In this document: one piece after another, positions 13,293 through 28,300 of the stretch | Numbering within the stretch: the first letter of the stretch is position 1 | Layout of the letters: each line of letters starts with the position of its first letter | DNA from: Eledone cirrhosa | Taxonomy: Eukaryota | NCBI GenBank assembly: GCA_964016885.1 | Contig: OZ024740.1 | Location: forward strand, 18,724,001-18,788,000 | Length of the DNA stretch: 64,000 nucleotides | Direction of reading: 5' to 3' | The notes under the pieces: generated by a model | Told to the model about the DNA's origin: nothing | Seen by the model: the letters and a program-made list of their open reading frames with translations, nothing else | Databases searched by the model: none | Program-made: the position numbers and the translations under genes

Positions 13293-15005
13293 ATATAATA
13301 TAATATAATATAATATATAATATAATATAATATAATATAATATAATATAATATAATATAATATAATATAATATAATATAATATAATATAATATAATATAA
13401 TATAATATAATATAATATAATATAATATAATATAATATAATATAATATAATATAATATAATATAATATAATATAATATAATATAATATAATATAATATAA
13501 TATAATATAATATAATATAATATAATATAATATAATATAATATAATATAATATAATATAATATAATATAATATAATATAATATAATATAATATAATATAA
13601 TATAATATAATATAATATAATATAATATAATATAATATAATATAATATAATATAATATAATATAATATAATATAATATAATATAATATAATATAATATAA
13701 TATAATATAATATAATATAATATAATATAATATAATATAATATAATATAATATAATATAATATAATATAATATAATATAATATAATATAATATAATATAA
13801 TATAATATAATATAATATAATATAATATAATATAATATAATATAATATAATATAATATAATATAATATAATATAATATAATATAATATAATATAATATAA
13901 TATAATATAATATAATATAATATAATATAATATAATATAATATAATATAATATAATATAATATAATATAATATAATATAATATAATATAATATAATATAA
14001 TATAATATAATATAATATAATATAATATAATATAATATAATATAATATAATATAATATAATATAATATAATATAATATAATATAATATAATATAATATAA
14101 TATAATATAATATAATATAATATAATATAATATAATATAATATAATATAATATAATATAATATAATATAATATAATATAATATAATATAATATAATATAA
14201 TATAATATAATATAATATAATATAATATAATATAATATAATATAATATAATATAATATAATATAATATAATATAATATAATATAATATAATATAATATAA
14301 TATAATATAATATAATATAATATAATATAATATAATATAATATAATATAATATAATATAATATAATATAATATAATATAATATAATATAATATAATATAA
14401 TATAATATAATATAATATAATATAATATAATATAATATAATATAATATAATATAATATAATATAATATAATATAATATAATATAATATAATATAATATAA
14501 TATAATATAATATAATATAATATAATATAATATAATATAATATAATATAATATAATATAATATAATATAATATAATATAATATAATATAATATAATATAA
14601 TATAATATAATATAATATAATATAATATAATATAATATAATATAATATAATATAATATAATATAATATAATATAATATAATATAATATAATATAATATAA
14701 TATAATATAATATAATATAATATAATATAATATAATATAATATAATATAATATAATATAATATAATATAATATAATATAATATAATATAATATAATATAA
14801 TATAATATAATATAATATAATATAATATAATATAATATAATATAATATAATATAATATAATATAATATAATATAATATAATATAATATAATATAATATAA
14901 TATAATATAATATAATATAATATAATATAATATAATATAATATAATATAATATAATATAATATAATATAATATAATATAATATAATATAATATAATATAA
15001 TATAA
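13293..15005. repeat. (TATAA)n pentanucleotide satellite, about 1.7 kb
   Basis: Nearly perfect tandem array; it generates the three 580-601 aa ILYY ORFs. Confidence 0.98.
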
Positions 15006-15660
15006 CAAGCGACCACAAATAAACATACTTTAACCAGTCATGATCGGCCATCATCAAAATACAATTAAATCATTTGACTAAAGCCAAACACCAAACTGAA
15101 TTTTCCTAAATAATACATTTTTTCTATATACACAAATTCCTCCTCTTATTTTACAAGCATTCGTCAACTCATCTATATACAAATCCAGAGATATGATGGA
15201 AGCCTACCACAAAAACAAGAGCTCCCATCACCGGATATCGTTGGAATTATTACAACTTGACTACATGGAGTTCTAACAACGGTACATACCTGTGTACAAA
15301 TACACAGTAAATTTAATTTACACATATACAACCACATACTCTCGAAGAAACCAATTATTCTCACCAATCATCAACGATATTAACATAAACACACATCCGT
15401 AAGGTACCAAATCACAAAAAATACATTTTCTACCCGTACCACCTATACCCTCACCTACAAAAAGCTACATAATGCTTTCAAGGCGGCCTCGACAAGATGC
15501 AACCAGATGAAGTGAACAGGCTGAAACTCCGAAGTCACTGTCATCTTTCTACTTTAAAAAATGATTTCTACACTCTACTGACCAGTATTGAGTGCTCATT
15601 CAGTTAATGTTTTAATGCTTTGAATTCAACGGTATTTTAAACACTTATTCTTATATATAT

Positions 15661-16130
15661 ATTGTTATACTTTGGGAGGGTCATGTTGCCAATAAGAAAC
15701 ACACGCACCAGATACTTTCACTTCAATTTATTATATATATATTATATATATATATTATATATTATATATATTATAAATTCCGGATGTGGCGCATGCGCAG
15801 ACTGAGCACACAACACACACACAGAAACAAAATGGCGTAGGACAGAACAAAGGAGAGGCACAGAAACAGAGAAAGGAATCCCCAGTCACTGAAGAGGTCA
15901 CAGAGTGTGTGACGAAAGAACTATGACTATATATAAACAACTATCTGGTTGTGGAACCAACCAACCAACCAGAAATTTATAAATTTATAAATTTATAAAT
16001 ATATAATAAATTGAAGTGAAAGCAACTGGTGCGTGTGTTTCTTATTGGCAACATGACCCTCCCAAAGTATAACAATATCGGTTTCAACACACGATTTCAG
16101 ATAAAGAATCTTGCTAAACAAATTCAGAAA

Positions 16131-16133
<3 letters not shown>
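15661..16133 (+). mobile_element. Family C fold-back element (probable PLE 3' end)
   Basis: 15661-15735 is inverted relative to about 16003-16077, plus a tail. Second copy at 55130-55663; relatives at 16694-16930 and 23478-23962. Confidence 0.75.
15884..15928 (+). ncRNA. Minimal hammerhead motif (family C)
   Basis: AGTCA-CTGAAGA-g-GTCACA-gagtg-TGTGAC-GAAA-GAAC-TA-TGACT; homologue at 55411-55453. Confidence 0.7.
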
Positions 16134-16209
<76 letters not shown>

Positions 16210-16357
16210 ATTATTATTATTAGAACAGATTAAAATTTAAGCAAAGGATTTCTCCTTTCACCCTACACGGGATGTGAAATATTTGCTCCATGGGTGTATA
16301 TATATATATATAATCCTTATCGAGCCCTCTTCGGATTTTGGTTTTTGTATGTATTAT

Positions 16358-16395
<38 letters not shown>

Positions 16396-17447
16396 AAGAA
16401 AAACCAAGATTAATAACTTACCCATTCTTTAATTTCTACGACAAAAATTAAACCGGCTACTTTATGAAAAACACAGCTAAATTCAACGACACCGCTTCCC
16501 AATTTGAGTTTTCCGCGAGAAATCGAAATAATTAAATGTTTCCTATATATTATATATCTATTTAGGCGAAAGCTAATTATTACTGCGGCCTCCGAACTAA
16601 TTCCGCTTCGCATCCTGCTTTTCACACTTCTCTCTATGTAAACTATATAACCACCAATGAATATTCTTCTAACTATTACAAGAAATAATAATATTGTTAC
16701 ATTTGGGGAGGATCATGTCCTAATATTGCCAAAAAATAGTAAAACACACTCACTGTTTGGTTTGGTTTTCGCTTCAGTTTCAGTATATTTTTATAAATAA
16801 TTTAGCTGGCAATCAATGTTTATCATTGATTGACCAACTGTTAAAAATATAAATATAAAAACAATTTCTCAAAGTTCTTTCGTCACACATTTTCTCGTGC
16901 CACCTTCAGTGATTATCACTGTGTTTCTTTCCGTTGTATTTCTATAGTGTTAATAATAATGATGTGCTAATACATTTTACCTCAACTTATAAACACAATG
17001 TTTTCCAAATTTGCACGTTAAACCTGCTTCACCTACTTTCTTCATTATAAGCTTACCAATGTCCAACATTTGATATAGTATCTATTCTTATAATTTGTAT
17101 TTGTTTAAACTTTATCCTTTTATTATTCCTGATGAGATGCGCATGTTATATGTATTATGTTTTGTGTAAATAATTGCCATTAACTGTTTCCGATTAACTT
17201 ATTGTTTACATAGGCATATACCATTGTCACCTGTATAGAAACGTACGTAGAAATTAAAAATTGAAGTTGTTAACCTTGGTTTTTCTTCATTTTAAATATT
17301 AATGCTCTGCTACCAGACCTGAACTCAACAAGAACTTTCGCAGAATATTTCGTCCGACTTGAAATCCTAATGTGTTGAGGATTTTTGGTGTCTATTGAGC
17401 TTCTCCCACCTTATCAAAAGTAATAGTGGTATACTCCATTATAATCA

Positions 17448-17537
<90 letters not shown>

Positions 17538-17777
17538 TGTATATATATGAATGTTAAAATAATTGCTTCAACATTGTCATCATTACCATCATCATCACCA
17601 TCATCATCATCATTGTCAATAAATTGTGTATCGATTAATCATCGAACTGATTACATGTTTGCCTGTTTGAATGTCTGTCTGTTTATAATGGTATATTCTT
17701 CATTATCAGCGAATCACCACATTCCTTCATCTTTTGGGATCTGTAAATAGTAAGAAACATTATTATTATTATTTTGT

Positions 17778-17952
17778 GGATTGGCAGTATTGGTAGAACA
17801 TCGGACACCATACTTCGTAGCATAGAGTTACGTCCCTTTACGTTCTGAGTTCAAATCCCTGCGAGGTTAGCTTTGTCTTTCATCCTTACGGAGTCCATAA
17901 AATAAAATATCAACTTTCCCCTCCCCACAAAATTGTTGGCCTTGTGTCTATA
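17778..17952 (+). mobile_element. tRNA-derived SINE, family 1
   Basis: Same head, boxes and body as 13111-13292. Confidence 0.75.
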
Positions 17953-18030
17953 TCAATAATGATTATTGATAACTGGGCTGAGAGAGACAATGTGGCTCAC
18001 TGATTCTCTACAACACCTCTCTCTCAACAT

Positions 18031-18097
<67 letters not shown>

Positions 18098-18212
18098 TAT
18101 AAAGAAAAAAAGATGAAATCGAAAATGCAACTGGAGTCTTATTTAACAAAAAATATATATATTTATTTGTTTCCTTTACCGGCTATTTTTCATTTTGTAA
18201 AAAAACCCTCAC

Positions 18213-18301
<89 letters not shown>

Positions 18302-18327
18302 CATATATATATCTGTCTATCTATCTA

Positions 18328-18968
18328 GGGCGGGTAAAATTCCCGAGATCCATGAACGAGTTCTCTCCAGCCGTCTCTGTCCCTCATTATCGCTGCCATG
18401 CCCTGTCTCCAACAGACTAGTGTCTGTCCTTAGGGCATCAACATATGTTAACCTCGGTCTTCCTCTTCCAGGAGGCAGAGATTTTGATGCAGGAGGTTGA
18501 GACTGTGTCGATGAGTGTGGGGCTGAGAATGAATGAGACTAAAACAAAATATCTGGTAGAGAATGTTGAGAAGCCAGAGGGGATCACTAATGTAGGCGGG
18601 AAGCCGCTAGAATTGATTGAGGACTTCCTGTATTTGGGAGCAAAGATTGGGAATACGGAAGATGATGTGGTTGAGAGGAAGAGCAAAGCTTGAGATCGGT
18701 GTGGAAGTCGGACCTTCGTAAAGACCTGAAGATCCACCTCTTCATTGCTGTAGTGGAGTCTGTGCTGCTGTACGGGTCTGAGACTTGGACACTGACCAAG
18801 AAACTCACTCAGATGGTGGATGGGTGCTACACGAGAATGCTAAGGATGGCCATGAACATTAATCAGTATACACTGAGGATGAAAAACTCAGAGCTGTATG
18901 GGAGCCTCCCAAAAGTCAGCTCAAAAGTGACACAGAGGAGACTGAGATTAGCTGGACATGCTCACCGA
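18328..18968 (+). mobile_element. RTE-clade LINE 3' fragment with an inverted terminal piece
   Basis: GLRMNETKTK...DFLYLG...VESVLLYGSETWTL...RRLRLAGH on +. 18328-18447 reads YVDALRTDT...RDRDGWRELV (RTE C-terminus) on the minus strand. Confidence 0.8.
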
Positions 18969-19437
18969 CACACACACACACATATATACATACATATATA
19001 TATTGATATATATATGTAAAAGATAAACAGAAATAACAACACAACCAATACAGTATATGAAAGGAATATATTAGGTTAACGTTTGATATAACAGGAATGT
19101 GTGAAATCCTTGGTACAGTTAGGTATATTTGAAAAAAGGAAAAGAATGACTTTACTTGTAGTTCTAAACAATTTGATTTAATTTTATAATATTATAATAT
19201 TATGAGTTGGTAGATCTAGTAAGTTCTTTGTTAACAAATCTTCCCACCGAAGTTAAGAAAGAACTTACTAGATCTACCAACTCATAATATTATAATACTA
19301 TAAAGTTATAATACTATAAAGTTAAATCAAATTGTTTAGAACTACAAGTGAAGTCATTCTTTTCCTTTTTTTAAAATACACACACACGCTCACACACACA
19401 CAGACACACACAGAAACAGACACAGACACAGACACAG

Positions 19438-19475
<38 letters not shown>

Positions 19476-19606
19476 GTATATGTATATATATGCTTTTGCC
19501 GAGACCAAGTAAGTGACGTAGTCACTACTTTAAAACTCATAGCGAATGGTCTTCAAAATGCTTTTAAATAAACATACGGTATATTATCAAATATACTATA
19601 CAAACA

Positions 19607-19641
<35 letters not shown>

Positions 19642-19645
<4 letters not shown>

Positions 19646-22477
19646 GAGACTTAGCCATAAGCAATCAAGCAATATGCATGGCACTAACCGAAACGCACAT
19701 GACAAGCAGTATAGCAGATGCAGAAATACATATACCAAAATATACTGTATTTCGTTCAGACAGGAAGAAGAGAACTCATGGTGGAGTTGCTCTGTATATC
19801 CGTGAAGATGTCACACCCATTGTACTGTTGACACATTCAAACTCAGTCTGTGACACACTGATAGTACATATGAAGCAACTAAAAACGGTAATATGTGTCA
19901 CATATCAGCCACCCGATGCCCCCCAGTCATGAGGGTAAATTTGAAGATAGCTTCAGAAGGATAGAAGAGTTTCTTGACAAACTGGACCAGGGTCTCGACA
20001 TTCTACTGCTGGGAGACTTCCCTGCTGGCCCTCACACACAGGCTGTTCATGGAACAAGCAGTACTCCTCCCCAAAAGAGGTGAGAATGTCCTGGATTTCT
20101 GCTTTACCAACAACGCAGTACTCTTCCACAATGTAAAGGTGACACTAACGATTTTCTCGGATCATAACTTAGTAGAACTAATGATATGTGGTCCGAGAGA
20201 ATCAACAGAGACACAACCATCAAGAAGCACCGGGACGTTATCCAGCCTTAACTTCTACAAGGCTAACTGGAAAAAGATCAAGAAAGAGATACGGAAGCAA
20301 ATATGGAGCGACAACATGACCACACAAGACACCAACACACATTTTCGACACTTCGTGACAACAATACAAACTATATGCCATAAGTTTGTCAAGGAGAAAA
20401 AGACCAAGGAACACAAAAATCTTATTCCCAGAGACAAGAAAATCCATATGAAACGAAGAACTAAGCTCTCAAACCAATTGAATGCACTACAAAAACACAA
20501 GAAGGAATCCTATTTGAAACGTGCACTACTTGACATTGAAACTGCATTCAAACTTTCCCATGAAAAGGAGCGGGCAGAGAGAGAAATCAGGGGCGTAGAA
20601 AATATTAAAACAAATCCTGAGGCCTTCTTTAAATTTGCAAAAGAGACTACCCCAGTACACTGCAAGATTGGGCCATAAAGATGGTTCATTAATCGGGGAT
20701 CCCCAAGGGCTAAATGAAATACTGAACGAACAGTACAAAAGGGTGTTCACAGGTTCACACGTCACAAATAACAAAGCCAGAGGATTTATTTGATGCTACA
20801 ACACTCCATGAAAAAGTGGCGACCATCAACCACATAGACATAACGGAGGAAGATGTGGTATCCGCCATAGACGAAATTAAAACAAACTCAGCTGCTGGAC
20901 CTGATGGATTCCCGGCAATCCTCCTAAAAACATGTAAGCGTGCCTTAGCAACTCTACTGACAACTCTCTTCAGAAGCTCTTTGGCAAGCGGTAAACTACC
21001 CAGAGAGCTGAAAGAAGGCACAATATGCCCTATCCATAAAGGAGGTAGCAGAGCGGAGGCCAAAAGCTACAGGCCAGTCTCCCCGACGTCACATATCAGT
21101 AAAGTCATGGAGCAAATCATCAGAAAGAAACTGATCACGTTCCTCGAGGAAATTGACCGCCTGACTAGCACGCAGTATGGCTTTCGCCCAGGAAGAAGCT
21201 GCCTTACACAGCTGCTACAAAACTACGACTGGGTACTGAAACAACTGCTAGACAGCGCACACGTGGATGTGATATATCTTGACTTTGCGAAGGCCTTTTG
21301 CAAGATAGACCACGGAATGATATGTCACAAACTATACAGACTCGGCATAACTGGAAAAGTAGGTGAGTAGCTGCATGACTTCTTAAAAGACAGAAGCCAG
21401 ACAGTTGCAGCAAATGGGCCATCTCAAAGGAAACATCAATAACAAGTGGGGTGGCCCAGGGCACAGTCTTGGGACCACTACTGTTTTTGGTGGCTCTCTC
21501 AGATATGCCCTCTGTAGTACATACAACATCCCTCACTAGCTATGCTGATGACACTAAGGTAGCACAGGCAATCAAAAACCCGGCTGATGCTGCCCTTTTA
21601 CAACAAGATCTGGATGCCATATATAAATGGGCTTAGGAAACCAAAATGCAGTTTAATGCTGGAAAACTTCAATCCCTACAATACCAGCCTGCAAACACAA
21701 ATACAGTACAACACAGTTACGACGAGCCAGGAGGGACCGATATTACCGGGTCGAAATCGATACGAGACCTAGGAATAGACATGAATGACGATGCATCTTT
21801 TTCTTCACACATCATGAGGGTGGCGACAATGTGCAGGCGACTCGCTGGCTGGATCTTGAGGACTTTCCGGACAAGAGACCGAGAGACCATGTTGATACTA
21901 TGAAGGACATTTGTCCTAAGTCGCCTGGGCTATTGCTCCCAGCTGTGGTCACTCCATAGCATCAAACTAACCACGGATCTTGAGGCAATCCAACGAAGCT
22001 ACACGAAGAGGATTGCGACGATGAAGGAGACAAGCTACTGGGAGAGGCTAAAGAAACTGAACCTCTACTCCTTGGAACAAAGACGGGGGAGATAGGCAGT
22101 GATATACATATGGAAAATCCTGGAGGGACTAGCACCAAACTTTGGTATTGGGAGCTGGACGAATCCCTGAACAGGACATCACTGTGTGGTGCCAAAGAAT
22201 AAGGAGCAGATATTGTAATAGCCTGGGGTTCAAAGGGCCTCAACTCTTCAACAAGCTGCCAAGGTATTTGAAAGATCTGCATGGTGTGGACGTGGATGAT
22301 TTCAAGAAGCATCTTGACACCCTGCTATCCATGATCCCGGACGAGCATACAGCACGGTACGAAGGTAACCTAATAGCAGCAGCAACGAGCTCCCTCTTGT
22401 AACATTGCCCAGAAAACACAGGCTGGAGATAGAATGTGTTGCAACAAGGGCGATGCCCCAGCATGGCCTCGGCCGAG
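19642..22477 (+). mobile_element. CR1/L2-group LINE ORF2 (APE + RT), decayed
   Basis: ALTETH...RSDR..RTHGGVALYI, LLGDF and SDHN (AP endonuclease); GPDGF, YRPVS, QYGFRPGRSC, LDFAKAF, QGTVLGPLLF, YADDTK (RT). Many stops and frameshifts; 3' end abuts (TA)n. Confidence 0.9.
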
Positions 22478-22600
22478 TATATATATATATACACACATAC
22501 ATATATATATATATATGTGTGTGCGTGCGTGTATACATACACATATATATATATACATACATTAAAATATGGGGTTAACCGACCAGGGGCTAGCCGTTTA

Positions 22601-22836
22601 AGAAACAACATCCACACGTTCAGTCGTTCCCCTGTATGAAGAAACAACATCCACACGTTTAGTCGTTCCCCTGTATGAAGAAACAACATCCACACGTTTA
22701 GTCGTTCCCCTGTATGAAGAAACAACATCCACACGTTTAGTCGTTCCCCTGTATCAAGTAACAACATCCACACGTTTAGTCGTTCCCCTGTATCAAGTAA
22801 CAACATCCACACGTTTAGTCGTTCCCCTGTATCAAG
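22601..22836. repeat. 39-bp minisatellite, 6 copies
   Basis: Unit agaaacaacatccacacgtttagtcgttcccctgtatga, head to tail, no spacers. Confidence 0.92.
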
Positions 22837-23210
22837 AAAAGAAAATCTTTACGGGGAAGATTTTTGATTTTTCTAAATTTATAGATTTTTTTTAGGAACT
22901 TTCAATGTTTTCAAGACTTTATAGATTATGTGTGTCAAAAAATTGCTGATCGTTAGAAGTCACGTCACTCGATTTTAATTACAGTCGATACCCGACCAAA
23001 TCATCAGAATACTGATCTGTGTACATGATACAGTACACTCTTTTACTATCATTACTCCAAGAACTGCCTGTCTAGGAACTTTCTTAAACCGGCCACCCGA
23101 CTACGGAAACCTCTTCTTGAGTCAAACAACGCCGAACGCTAAAACTATCCTCGATACAGAATAATCATAAATTTTACTTGGATTACCTTAAACCATATCT
23201 TGTTATGTTA

Positions 23211-23262
<52 letters not shown>

Positions 23263-24099
23263 AAATAGATTTAATTAAATTAAATTAAAGGAGTCATGTC
23301 CGAGACATGCGCCATATCCACCGTAGAATAAGCTCAAAGATTCCAATGAATAGATCAGAGCATTTTATATCAACTAGAAATTGATTGACACATATATATA
23401 TATATATTTAAAATAAACACATGAAACAATCACAGGGGATAATTTGTAAAGTGTGTAATCACACACAGCTATATATATTGTTATACTTGGGGAGGGTCAT
23501 ATTTGTGTAATAATATTGCCAGAATTAATAACAGAACACACTCACTGTTTGGTTGGTTTTCGCTTCTGTGTCTTTTATATCGGTTGATTTAATTTATTCG
23601 GTCCTCAATGTTACCATTGACTGACCAACGGTCAAAAATACAAATACAATATAGACACAAACACATGTATATAGTCTAATAAAGTTCTTTCGTTGCACAT
23701 CTGCAACATCGTCAGTGGTGCTATTATGTTTCCTCCCGTTGCATTGTATGCCTACGCCAGTCAATGGTAACATTGAGGAGCGAATAAATTAAATCAACCG
23801 ATATAAAAGACACAGAAGCGAAAACCAACCAAACAGTGAGTGTGTTCTGTTATTAATTCTGGCAATATTATTACACAAATATGACCCTCTCCAAGTATAA
23901 CAATATTTGTTTCGACACACGATTTCATATCAAAAACCTCGCAAAACTAATTCATCGCCGTTATATATATATATATACTATGTATAGTATATTTGGCAAT
24001 ATACCGTATGTTTAATTAAAAACATTTAGAAGACCATACGATCAGTTTTAAAGTAGTGACTATGTCATTTACTTCTTTTCGGCGAAAGAAGGGAGAGAA

Positions 24100-24139
24100 G
24101 CTGACAGTCTGTTTCACGCTGGTTAGCGTTCATCAGAGC
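24100..24139 (-). ncRNA. Hammerhead ribozyme motif, canonical core
   Basis: GCT-CTGATGA-ACGCT-aacc-AGCGT-GAAA-CAGACTG-TC-AGC. Confidence 0.75.
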
Positions 24140-24238
24140 CACGTACTCCCCTGCTTTCGCCGAAAATTATAGAAGCTGGATTCTTATAGAATTCCAATAG
24201 TAATCTGGAGCTGATTATACAGAGCGATTGCCGGTCCA

Positions 24239-24304
<66 letters not shown>

Positions 24305-24506
24305 TGTGTGTATGTGTGTGTGAAAAAAATATATATAGAGAGAGATCCCAAGTAAAAGCGAAAGGTAACCACATTTTAAAAAGGCACTAAATACACTGGT
24401 AGAATGTAAGCATCATTGTTTGATATAAAAGTCACTTCTACAAGACAAGAACTGTTTCATATGAATTAATATCACTTCTACTCCTGTAGAACTATTTCTA
24501 TATTAG

Positions 24507-24565
<59 letters not shown>

Positions 24566-24943
24566 TTATATGTATATATATGAATGTATGTATAGTATAT
24601 TTGGCAATATACCGTATGTTCAATTAAAAACATTTAGAAGACCATACGCTATCAGTTTTAAAGTAGTGACTATGTTGTTTGCCAGGGAACGTTTCCACGA
24701 ATCAAAGTATCGTCTTCCTGTCTTCCTCCGGTTGTAACGTTTTTTGAAATATTTACTTCTGCGTTTACAGATTGACTTTTTTAGTTTCAGAAGATCCTGT
24801 TAAGGGTGAAAGCAGCGATTCTTTGCTTAAACTTTAATCTTTTATTTTAATAAATATTTGCTCTACGGTTCTTATATATTTATATATAATATATATATTT
24901 ATCCTTGTAGAGCCCTCTTTGGATTTTAGTCTTCAAATTTATT

Positions 24944-24983
<40 letters not shown>

Positions 24984-24985
24984 TT

Positions 24986-25052
<67 letters not shown>

Positions 25053-25345
25053 GGTAAGGTTGCTTGGATGCTTTCATAGGCGGTATGCCGGTTGATCACT
25101 CTATTCTCCTTCGGAGTAGAGTATGGTAAATTGGAAAACGAAGAATCAGTGCTGCATCGGAACACAATGTATTACGTATTACAATTGTTTCTCCGGCGAA
25201 TAGCTCGATGTGTTATTTGTTTCCAGAGTCAGGTTCGATCCACAAACAGATCGCACCTCGAGCTGTTCACCGGAGAAACAATTGTAATACGTAATAAATT
25301 GTGTTCCGATGCATCACTGATTCTTCGTTTTCCATATTATATATA

Positions 25346-28300
25346 CTAGCAGAATAACAGCCCTCGGGCGGTTTTCTGCTAGCATATATAGCGTGAATAT
25401 TGATATACGCAAATATATATGCACACAGATATGATACATAAATTGACAATATGCACATAAACTGAACAAAGACTGTGTTACATTTACTTCTGTAATCAAT
25501 AAAGTAATTCATTATACGTTTAAAAAAAAGGTGATAATGGAGATGGAAAAGCGATGAAACTCTTGACGGAAAATGTTCATGAATCTTCACTTGAGAATGT
25601 CGATGGGAAGCTTCAAGCAGTGAATTTGAAAATAAATGCTGCTGGTATGAATGAATGAATTACATTTACAAATATGAAGAGTTGATTTTCGCTATATTGT
25701 TGTATTCACATATAGACTTCTTAAGTTTTTGTAGTGTCCCTTTTCTAGCAGTTAAAAAGAAACTGAAATGCATTTCAACTAAAAGAGAGTGATAGCTGTT
25801 TCACATCACTATAGAATTTCTTTGTAGACACAGTTGTCAGCAAACAGACACCTTTCATTTAATATTTTTATATCGTGATAATGCAACATATCTGACCATG
25901 TGAGAAGAATTGTGTTGGTAGATATACACCTATCTTTTCAAATGTCTGCCCTTGTGCCTTGTTGCATGTAAGGGCAAAGGCTGGTTTGACAGGAAATTGC
26001 TTGCGAGTAAAGGTGAAAGGGAACTCAAGCTCTTGAGATACATGTGGTATCCTTGGGATTAGCAACCTTGTTCCAGCATTGGGATCCAATGCCACTTCAG
26101 CTTCAATTACATGATTATGTAAACTGATGATGATGATGTAGCGTGTACCATTGCAATGCCTGTTTAGAGGATCCAGATTTCTCAGAAGCATGATGCAACT
26201 GCCTTTCTTCAGTTTCAGTATGTGTGTTGGGAAGCCTGATGGGGTAAGTTTGTTGATGAACTCAATTGGATATTGCAGTTCATTATCTTCTGTAGATTAT
26301 TTCATGACCAGGAAACTTGTTGACCATGAACTCATTCACCAATCTTTCTGCATCATTTGTTTGAGTGATAATGGTTCTATTTGCAAGCCATAGTGGGTTT
26401 GTGTAGTTTCCTGGAAGTTTTGTATACACAAAATCACACAGTCCAGACACATTACCATATTCCAGACAAAGTTCATTTGACAGAAGAATTGGAACAGTTG
26501 GAACAGTTGGAATGTTACCATTTCCCACATCAAGAAGGTAGTTTGCAAACTGTCTTTCATCAGAATCCTCTGTATTAATTAATTGTTGATTGGTTTCCAC
26601 ATAGTCCCAGAGATAGGATCTCTTGATGGTTGCCTCAACTATTTGTGGTCTAGCACCATGACGTACAACTGGAAGAATTTGCTTCCAGTAACCAGATAGT
26701 AATACTGTTAGACCACCAAATGGCTTTTTGCAATCTCGAACATCTTTGAAGCTCCTGTCAAGGCATTCAAAGATATGCTTATGTCCCATACCTATCTCAT
26801 CAATGATTAGCATGTCAGCTTGCTGCATAAGTTTACCTGTGTCATCCCTCTTTGGAAAGAAGCAAGTTGATTCAGCAGTCACATTGAGAGGAATCTTGCA
26901 CTTTGTGAAGCAAAGTGGCTGCTATTCCAGATATGGCAGTGGCAAGTGCAATTTCTTTTTAGATCGGGGGTAATCCAATGACATAGGTCTTTCCTGTACC
27001 TGCACTTGCATTCAAGCAGAAAATTCTGCCTTCATTTTCATTTACAGAGGTGATTACTTTGTGAGAAATAATCAGTTGCTCAGGATTCAATGTTGGCAGA
27101 AGTTCATTTATGTTTGCTTGCAGTTGGTGTGTATTGAAATCAGTTTTTGTCATAAGAACCCTGTTGATTTCTGGTATGGCAACAATAGTTGGGTCTGGCC
27201 GAGGAAGCCCATAGTTGGCATGAATGTCCAAGCCATCGTGTTGAAGTCTTTGTTGGATCTTCTGTAGAACAATCTGCAGGGTTTGCATGGACATGACTTG
27301 CTCATGACGTTCATGCATGATATCCTCTGCAAGACAATTCTTCAATTTCTCCCAGAACTGCAGAGGGTCATTTGGCATGATGCAGTACAATACAATGGTG
27401 CAGAAGATCTCTCGCAGCTGAGGACCAAGCGTAATGGATGAGGCCTCTTCCATAGCTTTGTCTTTTTCTCCATCTTCATCTAACAGACAAAGTTTCCTGC
27501 GTGCTTCTTGGAATGTTGGAAATTCAACTCCTTCAATTGTCCTCAAATCTTTGTATGAAGTTGACCCAGCCTTGTGATGTAGGATCATTCTGAGGTAATA
27601 TAATTCAGATCCATGTCTACTGAGAGATACTGTTGGAATGCGTCCAAGAGATTCACTCATAAATTGTTGATCACCATCCAGATGTCCCTTTTTGTGATGT
27701 ACTTATATAAGTACTTAACAGCCTTGACACTGTGGACAACCTCACAATTGATGTGGCACTGATATCTCAATGAGAAGAAAGGGTTGTATGGAACAATCCA
27801 ACGATTATCAACAGTAAATTCTTGACCTTTAAGTTGGATTGTATGGGTGTGACCACCATGCTGTCTATCCCTTATTCTATACTCCGGAAAGGAATTTTCG
27901 ACAACAAATGTGGTTTGTCTGAATGCCTTGGGATAACCTTTTGAGCAATGGCGTTGTTGTCCTAGCCCTTCCATACATGGGCACATCATATTAGCTTGTC
28001 CACATGAGCCATGAATGTTGCAGGATGTGATGATCTTATGCAGAATTGGATTGGTCTCTTTATCAGGAATCTCACAGTACACTACCTGATCAATGGCATC
28101 AGCAGTTTTGGGCTTCCTATCTTCAGCCATTATCAGCAGAATATGAGCATGAGTGAGGCCTCGTTTCTGCCACTCTATTATAGCAGAATGAGCTACAACT
28201 TTTCCTAGGACATTTTTTTTCAGTATCCATGAGACTGTCATACTTGATCTTGAAGACTCTTGCACAACTATCAGGATGGTCTCTAGGTTCTTCACCAGGG

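Noticed and set aside
13245-15057. Three 580-601 aa ORFs
   Set aside because: They are translations of the (TATAA)n satellite, which has no stop codon on the minus strand.
22601-22836. 39-bp repeats as a CRISPR array or a 190-aa repeat protein
   Set aside because: Units are contiguous with no unique spacers, no cas genes are present, and the context is eukaryotic.
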